Source: Alphaproteobacteria bacterium
GTDB lineage: Bacteria > Pseudomonadota > Alphaproteobacteria > MPNO01 > UBA830
Assembly: GCA_965243135.1 (NCBI GenBank)
Contig: OZ251539.1
Location: 2,304,001 to 2,368,000, forward strand
Length of the DNA: 64,000 nt
Direction of reading: 5' to 3'
This document shows, one piece after another, positions 20,466 through 30,200 of this stretch; the first letter of the stretch is position 1; the number at the start of each line of letters is the position of its first letter. The notes beneath the pieces were generated by a model. It searched no databases. It saw only the letters and a list, made by a program, of their open reading frames with translations, and was not told the origin of the DNA. Both the position numbers and the translations under genes were made by a program.

Positions 20466-20483
20466 CTGCAAGGAGGAAATCGA

Positions 20484-21968
20484 ATGCTCAAGACCGGAGA
20501 ACAGCATCTCGCTTCGCTGCGCGACGGGCGCAGGGTCTATATCGGCGACGAACTCGTCGACGACGTGACCGCCCACCCGGCGTTCCGCAACGCGGCGCGC
20601 TCGTTCGCGATGATCTACGACCGAAAGCGCGCCCCCGAGAATGTCGACGTCACGGCGTACGAGGCCGAGGACGGCGAGATTTCCTCGACATGGTTCCTGA
20701 AACCGAAGACCAGGGACGACCTGCGCAAGCGCCGCGAGACCCACCGCCGCGTCGCCGAGTGGACCTACGGCATGCTGGGGCGGTCTCCCGATCACGTGGC
20801 GAGCTTCGTCACCGGCCTGACCTTCGGACCGGAACTGTTCGAAGGCAACCGCGAGGGCTTCGGCGCCAATCTCGAAAACTATTACGACGAGATGCGCCGC
20901 AAGGACATCTTCGCCTGCTACACGGTGCTGCCGCCGCAGGGCGCGCGCCAGCCGGAACTCTATCAGCGCGAGGGCCTGAAGGTGCCGACGCTGCAGGTTG
21001 TCGACGAGGACGCCGAAGGCGTAACCCTGAACGGCATGAAGATGCTGGGAACCTCGGCCGTCTTTTCCAACGAGACATGGGTCGGCAACCTGCTGCCGCT
21101 CGGGAAGGACCAGGCGGCGGAGAGCGTGACCTGCGCGGTGCCGCTGAACGCGCCGGGCGTCGCGATCTGGACCCGCAAGCCCTACGAGCGCTTCGCCATA
21201 TCCGAGTTCGACGCGCCGTTCGCGTGGCGGTTCGACGAAACGGATTCGATGGTGATCTTCGAAGAGGTGAAGGTGCCGTGGGAACGCGTGTTCACCCACA
21301 ACGACGCGCCGCTGTCGCGCGACATCTACTTCAAGACGCCGAGCCACGTCATGGGCAACCACCAGTCCAACGTGCGGTTTCACGAAAAGCTGAAGCTCAT
21401 CCTCGGGATCGCCCGCAAATCCGCGGAGCTCAACAACGTGATACACGTGCCGGGCGTTCAGGACACGCTGGGTCGCCTCGCCGCGGCCGAAGCCGGGCTC
21501 GGCGGCATGATCGCGGGCCAGATCGAGGAAGCCGAAGAAACGGATTGCGGCCATCTGTTCGCCAACCGCCGCCACATGTACGCGGCCCTCCACTGGTGCA
21601 CGCAGAACTACGCAACGATCTGCGAGACCGTGCGCGACCTGATGGGCGGCGGTCCGTTCCAGATGCCGGCGGACGTATCCGTGATCAACGACCCGGCCCT
21701 CAGAGAACAGTTCGACACCTACTGGTCCGTGCCGGGACAGTCCGCGATCGAGCGCATGAAGTTCCTGAAAATGGGATGGGACCTGCTCGGCAGCGACTTC
21801 GCGGGCCGGCACCAGCAATACGAACGGTTCTACGCGGGGCCGGCGTTCATCAACACGCTCTACAACTTCTTCAATTGTCCGTGGGACGAACTGGCCGGCG
21901 TCGCGGACCGCGTGCTTGCGGGCTACGACGTCCCGGAGACGGTGCGCCGACCCGTCGCCGCGGAGTAG
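20484..21968 (+). CDS. HpaB-family (group D) flavin-dependent monooxygenase, oxygenase component
   Basis: SLRDGRRVYI..VTAHPAFRN, GRSPDH, GMKMLGT, RFDETDS..FEEVKVPWERVF, GRHQQYERFYAG. Confidence 0.9.
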   Translation: MLKTGEQHLASLRDGRRVYIGDELVDDVTAHPAFRNAARSFAMIYDRKRAPENVDVTAYEAEDGEISSTWFLKPKTRDDLRKRRETHRRVAEWTYGMLGRSPDHVASFVTGLTFGPELFEGNREGFGANLENYYDEMRRKDIFACYTVLPPQGARQPELYQREGLKVPTLQVVDEDAEGVTLNGMKMLGTSAVFSNETWVGNLLPLGKDQAAESVTCAVPLNAPGVAIWTRKPYERFAISEFDAPFAWRFDETDSMVIFEEVKVPWERVFTHNDAPLSRDIYFKTPSHVMGNHQSNVRFHEKLKLILGIARKSAELNNVIHVPGVQDTLGRLAAAEAGLGGMIAGQIEEAEETDCGHLFANRRHMYAALHWCTQNYATICETVRDLMGGGPFQMPADVSVINDPALREQFDTYWSVPGQSAIERMKFLKMGWDLLGSDFAGRHQQYERFYAGPAFINTLYNFFNCPWDELAGVADRVLAGYDVPETVRRPVAAE

Positions 21969-21970
21969 CG

Positions 21971-21989
21971 GGCCGGGGAACTCCCGGCC
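21971..21989. terminator. GC hairpin between convergent genes
   Basis: GGCCGGG-GAACT-CCCGGCC. Confidence 0.45.
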
Positions 21990-21993
21990 GCCG

Positions 21994-22536
21994 TCAGACC
22001 CGGTGACGCGCGAGGAACATTATCTGCGCCATCAGGAAGGCGAACGTCATGCCCGCGATGCCGAACACCTTGAACGTCACCCAGAAATCGGTCGACTGGG
22101 TTCGCCAGACGAGCTCGTTGAGCGCCGCCATGGCGAGGAAGAAGCCGGCGCAGTTTCGCGTCAGTTTGCGCCAGCCGGCGTCGTCCATGGCGACGGCAGC
22201 GCCGATGACGGGCTTGAGAAGAGGCTTGCCGAACAGCAATCCGCCGTAAAGGACGGCCGCGATCAGGCCCTGGGCGACGGTCGGCTTCATCTTGATGAAG
22301 GTCTCGTCGTCGAAAGCCAGCGTCAGTCCCCCGAATACGGCGACCAGGCCCGCCGTGACGAGGGGCATGACGGGAACGCGCCGGTTAACGGCCAGCGACA
22401 ACCCCAGAGCGGCGAGGGTGGCGGCCAGCAACGCGGCGGTCGCCGTAAGCAGATCCCAGCCGAAATAGACGGCGAAGAACGCGGCCAGCGGCAAATAGTC
22501 CGTGACCGGCTTCACCCAAGGTTTTTCGTCCCGCAT
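21994..22536 (-). CDS. yciB: Septation protein A / YciB
   Basis: DYLPLAAFF, FGGLTLAFDDETFIKMKPT, NELVWR..DFWVTFKVFG. Confidence 0.9.
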   Translation of the reverse strand: MRDEKPWVKPVTDYLPLAAFFAVYFGWDLLTATAALLAATLAALGLSLAVNRRVPVMPLVTAGLVAVFGGLTLAFDDETFIKMKPTVAQGLIAAVLYGGLLFGKPLLKPVIGAAVAMDDAGWRKLTRNCAGFFLAMAALNELVWRTQSTDFWVTFKVFGIAGMTFAFLMAQIMFLARHRV

Positions 22537-22702
22537 GCCCCCTCCTAACACGCCGCCGCGCCGCTTGCCATGCGGGCCGGCGCCGCAGGTTCCTTCCCGA
22601 CGGCGCGCGGCCGCGCGAATCCCCGCGCAACGGGGAGGCGACTTCCGCGAGGCGGACCCGCCCTTCGGCGTCCGCCGATTCGCGCGGCCGGCAGCCGCAG
22701 CC

Positions 22703-23134
22703 TCACTCCGCGAGGCGTTCGCGCACCGCCGCCGGCAGATCGACGGCGCGAATTCCCCGAGGCGACTGCGGATCCTTTTTCACCATGACCCGGCGTTCGA
22801 AGCCTTCCAGCATCTCTGCGCCCTCCTCGCTCTCGATCCGGTGCCTGACGACGAACGTCTTGCCGGAAATCCCGTCCATCCAGCTCGTCATCCGAACCCG
22901 CGCGCCGAGCCTGCAGGGGTTCTTGTATTTCGCTCCCGTTTCGAGAAGCGGCATGCCGGAAATGCCGAATTCTTCCGCCAGTTCGCCGTAGGAGAGGCCC
23001 ACCGAGGCGAACAGGCGCTCCGTGCCCTGATCGAACCACGCGTAATAGTGGGGATAGAAAACGATGCCCGCGGCGTCGCAATGGGCCCACTCGATTCCGA
23101 ACGCGTCGACGTGCTTCTTCACGAATGCCTCCAA
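22703..23134 (-). CDS. Acyl-CoA thioesterase (4HBT/hotdog family)
   Basis: IEWAHCDAAGIVFYPHYYAWFD. Confidence 0.88.
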   Translation of the reverse strand: MEAFVKKHVDAFGIEWAHCDAAGIVFYPHYYAWFDQGTERLFASVGLSYGELAEEFGISGMPLLETGAKYKNPCRLGARVRMTSWMDGISGKTFVVRHRIESEEGAEMLEGFERRVMVKKDPQSPRGIRAVDLPAAVRERLAE

Positions 23135-23169
23135 CCTGTCCTCGCCGCGCGAACCTGCCGGCGACGGCT

Positions 23170-23198
23170 TTGCCTTTCCCGCGGAATGGCCCTATCTT
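23170..23198 (+). promoter_or_regulatory. Putative sigma70 promoter of the nfu gene
   Basis: TTGCCT-N17-TATCTT. Confidence 0.45.
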
Positions 23199-23232
23199 GC
23201 CGTTTGGCGTCATCATTGGGCGGATCTCGACC

Positions 23233-24048
23233 ATGTTCATCCAGACAGAAGAGACGGCAAATCCCGAAATGGTTCGCTTCCTGCCGGGCCGCGACGTGCT
23301 GCCCGGCCGAACCCTCGACTTCGCGTCGGCCGCGGAGGCGGCGGACGCGCCGCTGGCGCGGCGGTTGTTCGCGCTCGACTCCGTGGCGCGCGTCGCGCTC
23401 GGAGCGAAGGACATCCGGGTGACCAAGGCGCCGGATGCCGAATGGCACGTGCTGCGTCCGCAGGTTCTCGCCGCGATCATGGATCATTTCATGTCGGGCG
23501 AGCCGGTCGTCGAGGAACGCCTCGTCTCCGACGGCGGAGAGGAGGAACTTTCCGGCCCGGCGGCCGAAATCAGGGAAATCGTCGACACGCGAATCCGCCC
23601 GGCCGCCAGGGACGGCGGCGGCGACGTCGCGTTCGGAGCGTTCCGGGACAGCATCGCTTATCTGCGGTTCGAGGGTTCCGCCTACGGACTCATGCAACCG
23701 ATCCGGAACATGCTTCAGCATTACGTTCCCGAAGTGACGGACGTGCGCGACGCCATCGAACTCGAGGACCGGCCCGGCCTGGGCACGGAAGAGGGCAAGG
23801 CGATTCTTGCGCTGCTCGACGAGCGCATCAATCCGCAGGTCGCGGCGCATGGCGGCCACATCTCGCTGATCGACGTCCGCGACCGCACGGCCTTCGTCCG
23901 CCTCGAAGGCGGTTGCCAGGGATGCGCGGCCTCTTCCGCGACGCTCCGCCAAGGCGTGGAAATCGAAATCAAGAAGCTGATTCCTTCCATCGCGCACGTG
24001 GTCGACGTAACGGATCATTCGGCGGGAACCAATCCGTATTACTCGTAG
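23233..24048 (+). CDS. NifU/Nfu-family Fe-S carrier with two NifU-C domains
   Basis: MFIQTEETANP..FLPG (Nfu N domain); RIRPAARDGGGDV (no CxxC); RINPQVAAHGG..GGCQGC..TLRQGVE..DHSAGTNPYY. Confidence 0.85.
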   Translation: MFIQTEETANPEMVRFLPGRDVLPGRTLDFASAAEAADAPLARRLFALDSVARVALGAKDIRVTKAPDAEWHVLRPQVLAAIMDHFMSGEPVVEERLVSDGGEEELSGPAAEIREIVDTRIRPAARDGGGDVAFGAFRDSIAYLRFEGSAYGLMQPIRNMLQHYVPEVTDVRDAIELEDRPGLGTEEGKAILALLDERINPQVAAHGGHISLIDVRDRTAFVRLEGGCQGCAASSATLRQGVEIEIKKLIPSIAHVVDVTDHSAGTNPYYS

Positions 24049-26381
24049 GCGCGGCGTTTCGCGGCGTCGCGAAGCATGTCCACGATCATGTCCGGCGTCG
24101 CGGGCGCGGCGGCGAGTTTCACCTTCCACGGCGACAAGGCGTCTTCGATCGCCGCCAGAACGGCGGCGGCGGCGGGTATCGTCCCCCCCTCGCCCGCGCC
24201 CTTGACCCCGAGCGGATTGATCGGCGTCGGCGATTCCACGTGCACGACCTCGACGGAGGGAGTCCCGGGAGCCGACGGCAGCAGATACTCGGCCAGATTC
24301 GTCGAGACCGGGTTGGCGTTTTCGTCGTAGACCATCCGCTCGAGAAGCGCGTTCCCCAAGCCGTGGGCGACGGCGCCTCGAACCTGGCCGTCGACGACGA
24401 AAGGATTGATCAGCGTGCCCGAATCGTGCGCCATGACGTAGTTCAGGATCGCGACGTTCCCGGTCGCGGGATCGACCTCCACCTCGGCGACCGCGACGCC
24501 GTTGCAATAGGAGGATTGCGACGGGGAAAAGTAACGCGTCGCCTCGAGTCCCGGCTCGACGCCGCCAGGCAGAGAGAAACCCGGCATGCCCTGAACCGCG
24601 CGCGCGATCTCGGCGAGGCCGACCGACAGGTCGGAACCCGCGACCGCCACGCGGCCGTTTTCGATCTCGAGGTCTTCTTCCGCCGCCTCCAGCATGTGCG
24701 CGGCGACCCTGATCGCCTTCTCGCGAACCTCGGTCGCCGCGAGATGCACGGACGAGCCGGCGTTCACGGCGATGCGGCTGGCGAACGTGCCGACCCCGGC
24801 CGCGATCTTGCCGGTGTCCCCTTTCTGGACGTCGACGTCTTCTATCCCGACGCCGAACTTGTCCGCGCAGACCTGCGCGAGGGTCGTCCAGTGGCCCTGT
24901 CCCGAGTCGCCGCCTCCGGTGTAGACGCAGATCCGCCCCGACGGCTGGATGCGAACGGTCGCTCCCTCGAACGGTCCCAGGCCCGTCCCTTCGACGTAGT
25001 TGGCGACGCCGATCCCGACATGGCGTCCTTCCGCGCGAGCGGCTTCCCGGCGCGCCGCGAAGCCGTCGTAATCGGCGAGGCGCAGCGCTTCGGCCTGGCA
25101 TTTGGGGTAGTCGCCGGAATCGTAGCTCATCGGCTTGCCGTCGCGGAAGACGAGCCCGATCGAGTAGGGCATCCTGTCCGGCGGAATGAAGTTGCGGCGA
25201 CGGATTTCGGCGCGGTCGAGTCCGAGCCCGGCGGCGGCGCGGTCGAGCAGGCGCTCCATGACGAACACGGCTTGCGGACGTCCCGCCCCCCGCACCGGCG
25301 TGACCGCCACCTTGTTGGTCAGGGCGACGCGGACGTCGAGCCGGTAAGCCGGCAGGACATAGGGGCCGGGAAGCGTGGTCGCCGAAATATAGGGAGAAAT
25401 GATCCCCCAGGGCATGTACGCGCCCGTGTCGTGAATCATGCCGCCGCGGACGGCCAGCAGCCTGCCGTCGACGTCGACCGCGACCTCCATGTCCCAGTAC
25501 TGGTCGCGCTCCATGTTCGTGGCCAGAAAATTCTCGCGCCGGTCTTCGACCCACTTGACCGGCCTGCCGAGCTCCTTCGCGACCAGCGGGATCAGCGCCT
25601 CTTCCGGGTAATAGATCGTCTTGGGCCCGAAACCGCCGCCGACGTCCGGCGCGATCACCCGCACGCGGTCCGCTTCCCAGCCCAGCATGTCGACCACGTT
25701 TTGCTTGACCAGAAAGGGCGACTGGGTGGCGGACCAGATGGTGGTCATGTCCTGCAATTCGTCGTGCTCGGCGACGACGGCCCGGTTCTCGATCGCGAAG
25801 CCGCCGCCGCGATGAATTCGGAATTCCTCGCGCCAGACGAAATGCGCCCCGGCGAAGGCCGCCTCCACGTCGCCGTAGCCGACGGCGAACCGGGCGGCCT
25901 CGTTGCCGTCCGACGCGCCATGCGCGGCGGGGGCGCCGTCGGCAAGCGCCTCCTTGCAGTCGGACGCGCCCGGCAGAACGTCGTAATCGACAGCCACCAG
26001 GGCAGCCGCATCTTCCGCGGCATAGCGCGTCGCGGCGACGACGAGCGCGACCGGCTCTCCCGCGAAACAAACCTCGCGATCCTCGAGCAAGCGCTGCTGA
26101 AACGGTTGCGAGATCGCCGGATTGGGGACCTGGAAAGGGATCGTCGCCCGGCGCAGGCGATCCGGAAGGTCGGCCGCGGCGTAGACCGCGGCCACGTCCG
26201 GCGCGGCGAGCGCCGCAGTCTTGTCGACGGAATTTATCCTGGCGTGGCTATGCGGGGACCGGACAAAGGCGGCTTCCAGCATGCCGGGCAGATGGATATC
26301 GTCCGTGTAGCGGCCCCGCCCCGCCAACAGGCAAGGATCTTCGAGGCGCGCCACGCGCGCGCCGAACATCCGGGCGCCCAT
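24039..26381 (-). CDS. Xanthine dehydrogenase/CoxL-family molybdopterin-binding subunit
   Basis: RLEDPCLLAGRGRYTDD, VGGGFGPK, PVRGAGRPQ, GQGH, NPLGVKGAGEGG. Confidence 0.92.
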   Translation of the reverse strand: MGARMFGARVARLEDPCLLAGRGRYTDDIHLPGMLEAAFVRSPHSHARINSVDKTAALAAPDVAAVYAAADLPDRLRRATIPFQVPNPAISQPFQQRLLEDREVCFAGEPVALVVAATRYAAEDAAALVAVDYDVLPGASDCKEALADGAPAAHGASDGNEAARFAVGYGDVEAAFAGAHFVWREEFRIHRGGGFAIENRAVVAEHDELQDMTTIWSATQSPFLVKQNVVDMLGWEADRVRVIAPDVGGGFGPKTIYYPEEALIPLVAKELGRPVKWVEDRRENFLATNMERDQYWDMEVAVDVDGRLLAVRGGMIHDTGAYMPWGIISPYISATTLPGPYVLPAYRLDVRVALTNKVAVTPVRGAGRPQAVFVMERLLDRAAAGLGLDRAEIRRRNFIPPDRMPYSIGLVFRDGKPMSYDSGDYPKCQAEALRLADYDGFAARREAARAEGRHVGIGVANYVEGTGLGPFEGATVRIQPSGRICVYTGGGDSGQGHWTTLAQVCADKFGVGIEDVDVQKGDTGKIAAGVGTFASRIAVNAGSSVHLAATEVREKAIRVAAHMLEAAEEDLEIENGRVAVAGSDLSVGLAEIARAVQGMPGFSLPGGVEPGLEATRYFSPSQSSYCNGVAVAEVEVDPATGNVAILNYVMAHDSGTLINPFVVDGQVRGAVAHGLGNALLERMVYDENANPVSTNLAEYLLPSAPGTPSVEVVHVESPTPINPLGVKGAGEGGTIPAAAAVLAAIEDALSPWKVKLAAAPATPDMIVDMLRDAAKRRAYE

Positions 26382-26461
26382 TCACCTTTCTCCCGGTAGA
26401 GGCGCGACCGCCAGCCCGCGCCGCCGCTTCCGGCATGGCGGCCTCCCCGCAGGGAAGGCCA

Positions 26462-26944
26462 TCAGCCGGCTCGGAGACGCTGCGCCGCATCAAGCGCCGC
26501 GTCGACGATCCCTTGATATCCGGTGCACCGGCACAGATTGCCGCTGATCGCCTCGCGCACTTCCCGCTCCGTAGGATCGGGGTTGTCCCGGAGGAACTCG
26601 AGCAGGGTCGTCAGCATTCCCGGCGTGCAGAAACCGCATTGAAGGCCGTGATTGTCCTGAAACGCCTGCTGCAGGGGATGCAGTTCCTCTTCATTGGGCG
26701 CAATGCCCTCGACGGTCATGATCTCGCGGCCGTTCGCCTGCACCGCCAGCATGAGGCAGGAACGCGCGGTCCTGCCTTCGAGCAGAATCGTGCAGGCACC
26801 GCAGACCCCGTGTTCGCAGCCGACGTGAGTGCCGGTCAGCAGCGCCTCGTGCCGGATGAAATCGGCCAGGGTCAACCGGGTCTCGATCTCGCGCTCGTAG
26901 ATCTCGCCGTTGATGGTAACGGCGATCGTTCTGCGGTCGCTCAT
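26462..26944 (-). CDS. CoxS-like (2Fe-2S) subunit
   Basis: GCEHGVCGAC, QCGFCTPG, NLCRCTGY. Confidence 0.93.
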   Translation of the reverse strand: MSDRRTIAVTINGEIYEREIETRLTLADFIRHEALLTGTHVGCEHGVCGACTILLEGRTARSCLMLAVQANGREIMTVEGIAPNEEELHPLQQAFQDNHGLQCGFCTPGMLTTLLEFLRDNPDPTEREVREAISGNLCRCTGYQGIVDAALDAAQRLRAG

Positions 26945-27825
26945 CTGAGGGTCATCTCCGTTCCGTTTTCGGCCCTGGAAAACGCCCGGGCCAACGCGCG
27001 GCGCGTAAGCACGACGGCGAGATGCTGCCGATACCATGCGGGCGCGTACACGTCCTCCATGGCGTCGATTTCCCGGCACGTCTCCGCGATCTCCGCGAAC
27101 AGCTCGGCCGTCCCGACCTGCCCTGCGAGTCCCTCTTCGACCGCCGCCGCGCGCAGGGGCGCGGGGCCGACTCCGCCGACGGCGACGCTGGCGCGCCCGA
27201 TTCGCCCGCCGGCCCCGACGTCGAGCAGCACGGCCGACGAGGCGATCGCGAAATCGCCGTGCCGCCTCGCGAACTCCTCGAACGCGTAGCCGTGACCTTC
27301 GGGCCATGTCGGGACGCGTACGCCCGTCACCATCTCTTCCGGTTCGATCGACGGGGTCATGTAGCCCAGCGGAAAGTCCCGCATCGAAACGTCCCGTTCG
27401 CCGCCCTTCTTCCTTACGGCGACGACGGCGTCATGCGCCATGCACACGCTCGGCAACTCGGCGCTCGGATCGAGATGCGCCAGCGAACCGCCGAACGTGC
27501 CGCGATTGCGGGTCTGGCGGTGGCCGACGTTGAGGATCGCCTCCTTCATCAGCGGGCAACGGCGGGCGACCAATTCCGAATACTCGATATCGCGCTGACG
27601 GGTCATGCCCCCGAACAGCAAGGCGTCGGCTTCTTCGCGGATATAGGACAGGTCGTCGATCAGGTTGAGATCGATGACGTGATCGGGCAGCACGAAGCGC
27701 ATGTTCAGCATCGGCATCAACGATTGTCCGCCGGCCAGCAACTTGGCGTTGTCTTTTTCGGACAGCAGCGAGAGAGCCTCCTCGACGCTGCGGGGATCGT
27801 GATAGGCGAACGGCGGCGGTTTCAT
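26941..27825 (-). CDS. CoxM-like FAD-binding subunit
   Basis: MKPPPFAY, LAGGQSL, QTRNRGTFGGSLAHLDP, ARRHGDFAI. Confidence 0.93.
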   Translation of the reverse strand: MKPPPFAYHDPRSVEEALSLLSEKDNAKLLAGGQSLMPMLNMRFVLPDHVIDLNLIDDLSYIREEADALLFGGMTRQRDIEYSELVARRCPLMKEAILNVGHRQTRNRGTFGGSLAHLDPSAELPSVCMAHDAVVAVRKKGGERDVSMRDFPLGYMTPSIEPEEMVTGVRVPTWPEGHGYAFEEFARRHGDFAIASSAVLLDVGAGGRIGRASVAVGGVGPAPLRAAAVEEGLAGQVGTAELFAEIAETCREIDAMEDVYAPAWYRQHLAVVLTRRALARAFSRAENGTEMTLR

Positions 27826-28100
27826 GTCACGCCCAGAACGCGGAACGGGCGGCGGGGCCGGAAACGCCGGCGGCGCAGCGGAACGGGCGCAATGCCGACG
27901 ACGAAAGACAAGCGCGGGCGGGCCGAAGGTTCAGGTTCCGGCGCGCGTCCGAACGCGCGTTCGCGGCAAACCTCCGCCGACGGGAACGCCCCGCCGGCGC
28001 GGTCGATCGTTCTCCCAAGGCATGGCGCGCGCAGTGCGTCGCCTGCAAGGAAAGCATGGTGTTCAGCCTGCGACATATCCTCTCCGCAAACGGGCTTGTA

Positions 28101-29123
28101 TCAACCAGCGGCCTCGGCGGCAAGCCGCTCGGCCACCATCCGCCGGGCCTGCAGCCCCGGCGCGTCGCTGTTGATGTCGATGAAACCGGCCCCGCCCCGC
28201 TGGAGCATCTCTTGCTGACGAGCGATGACTTCGACGTCCTCTTCGAAGGTGGCGCGCGCGCCCTTTTCCAGAAGCGACGTGAGTTCGCCGTCGTCGGATC
28301 TGAAGTTCCTGGCGTACGCCCAGAAATAATGGGTCGAGCGGTCGGTCTCGGGAGTGATGCCGTGGAGCGAACGGATCTCGATGCCCTGCGAGCGGTCGCC
28401 TTCCCAGGCGCCGCTGCCGACGCGCGCGCATCCGATGTCGATGGCGATGCTCGACGGCGCGGTATACCGGCAGTTCATCCAGCGGTCGACGTTTCCGCCG
28501 AAACCGCCGTAAGCCGTATCGAAGAGCGGCGGCGGCGGCGAATCGGGAATGCGGCGACTTACCGTCAGGCCGTCGTCGAGTTTCTCCACCTCCGACGGCG
28601 CGGCGGCGATTGCGTCCGTCCCGATGGTGCGGCCGTGCACGAACTGCAGGTGGGAAAAATCGAGCAGATTGTCGACCAGCAACTGATAATGAGCCTCGAG
28701 GTGAAACTGTCCGGTCGGCGCGACCCAGCCGGGCGCGTCCAGCCAGTGGAAATCCGGCATGGACGCTTCGTTCGCGAGGTCGGGATCTCCCATCCAGACC
28801 CAGATCCACCGATATCGTTCGACGGCCGGGTAGGAACGAACCTGCGCTCCCTCGGGAATTCCGGCCTGACCGGGAATCCGGACGCAATTTCCCGCCGCGT
28901 CAAACTCCAGTCCATGATAGCCGCACTGCAGGGTCTCTCCGATCACGCGACCGAGAGACAGAGGCAGGCCGCGATGACAGCAGCGGTCCTCAAGAGCGAC
29001 GGGCTGTCCGTCCGGCCGTCGCCAGAGGACGACAGGGGTTCCGAGAAGGGTGCGAGCGAGAGGCGCTTCGTCCGGGAGTTCGTCGGCCCAGGCGGCGATA
29101 TACCAAGAGTTCCTGACGAACAT
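28101..29123 (-). CDS. Rieske non-heme iron oxygenase, VanA/TsaM-like
   Basis: MFVRNSWYIAAW, DRCCHR..CGYHG, DNLLDFSHLQFVH, ITPETDRSTHYFW, FEED. Confidence 0.9.
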   Translation of the reverse strand: MFVRNSWYIAAWADELPDEAPLARTLLGTPVVLWRRPDGQPVALEDRCCHRGLPLSLGRVIGETLQCGYHGLEFDAAGNCVRIPGQAGIPEGAQVRSYPAVERYRWIWVWMGDPDLANEASMPDFHWLDAPGWVAPTGQFHLEAHYQLLVDNLLDFSHLQFVHGRTIGTDAIAAAPSEVEKLDDGLTVSRRIPDSPPPPLFDTAYGGFGGNVDRWMNCRYTAPSSIAIDIGCARVGSGAWEGDRSQGIEIRSLHGITPETDRSTHYFWAYARNFRSDDGELTSLLEKGARATFEEDVEVIARQQEMLQRGGAGFIDINSDAPGLQARRMVAERLAAEAAG

Positions 29124-29812
29124 CGAGGTCACCTCGCCGTCGTTCGCCGGCGGCGCGCGCCTTTCCGCCGACCGGGCCGTCTCCTGACAAGGCGGGAAAA
29201 GCGTCGATCGGCTTCTCCGGAATCGACGATCGCTTCGCGACGCGATCGGCCGGGTCGTCGATGCAAGTCCGCCGGCCCGTTCGCATCTTCGCGATTCCCG
29301 ACGCGACCGCCGCTGCGGCCTGGACGCCATCGCCCGTCGCAGCGCACGGCCCGCTTCCGCAAGCGCGAGAACAGCGCGACAGGCAGGGGAGGCCCGACTG
29401 CGCCCGCCAGCGAGGCAGCTCGGAGAAAGACGGGAGCGATTTCGCGGCCGAAAAACTCGAAAACGGCTCTCCCCCTGCGGCCGGGCCTGCCGACGGAGCC
29501 GCGAGTTCGGCGGCATTCACGGCCTACGCGCATCGCCAAATTCCGGCAAACATCCGCCCCCCTCACTCTCATCGCGAAATCGCCCGCGTCATCGCCGAAT
29601 CGTCGATCTCCCTTGGGCTGCGCCGACAACCGGACGCAAAGCCGCTCGGGCCTTCGTCGCTTGCCGACGGCAAGGCGACGTAAGGTATTGCCCGCGAGCG
29701 GCGCTGTAAAGCGACCGCCTGTCGAGGGGTGTACGTCAATTTCTTGAGATTTGCATTGACGCCAAGGAGGGCCTACATTTTCTGTATGTGCTAATAACAT
29801 ACAGGATGCGCC

Positions 29813-30200
29813 ATGTCCACGTCCCAAGACTTGGAAACCCTTCTGCAACATCGCGCCGACGTTCTCCGTCAGTTGTCCGAAATCGGAGATCTTCGCCAAG
29901 GATCCCTCACCACCCAATACCGCAAGCAAACCCGGTTGCCATTGCGCAAAGGGACCGGGGCATGGGCCGTACCTTCAACTGACTCGAAAGGTGAATGGCA
30001 AGACGCGATGCAGGTCCATTCCGGCCGCTGGGGAAGATCAGACCCGCGTGCAGATCGAGGAGTACAAGCGGCTCCGTAAACTGGTCCAGCAATTGGTAAG
30101 CGACCAGATATGTGACGCGCGATTGGACCGTTCTCGCGGCGACGAAGTAAAAAAAAAGCCTTCGAGGCTGTCGTCGCGGCGGAAGCATCGTCCGAGATAA
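29813..30200 (+). pseudogene. Small IS accessory ORF (DUF6788-like), frameshifted
   Basis: IGDLRQGSLTTQYRK...GHGP...GKTRCRSIP...QIEEYKRLRKLVQQL in shifting frames; TTGCAT-N17-TACATT upstream (29751-29779). Confidence 0.6.

Noticed and set aside
24039-27825. Aerobic CO dehydrogenase (form I)
   Set aside because: Lacks the AYxCSFR motif and the coxDEFG accessory genes.
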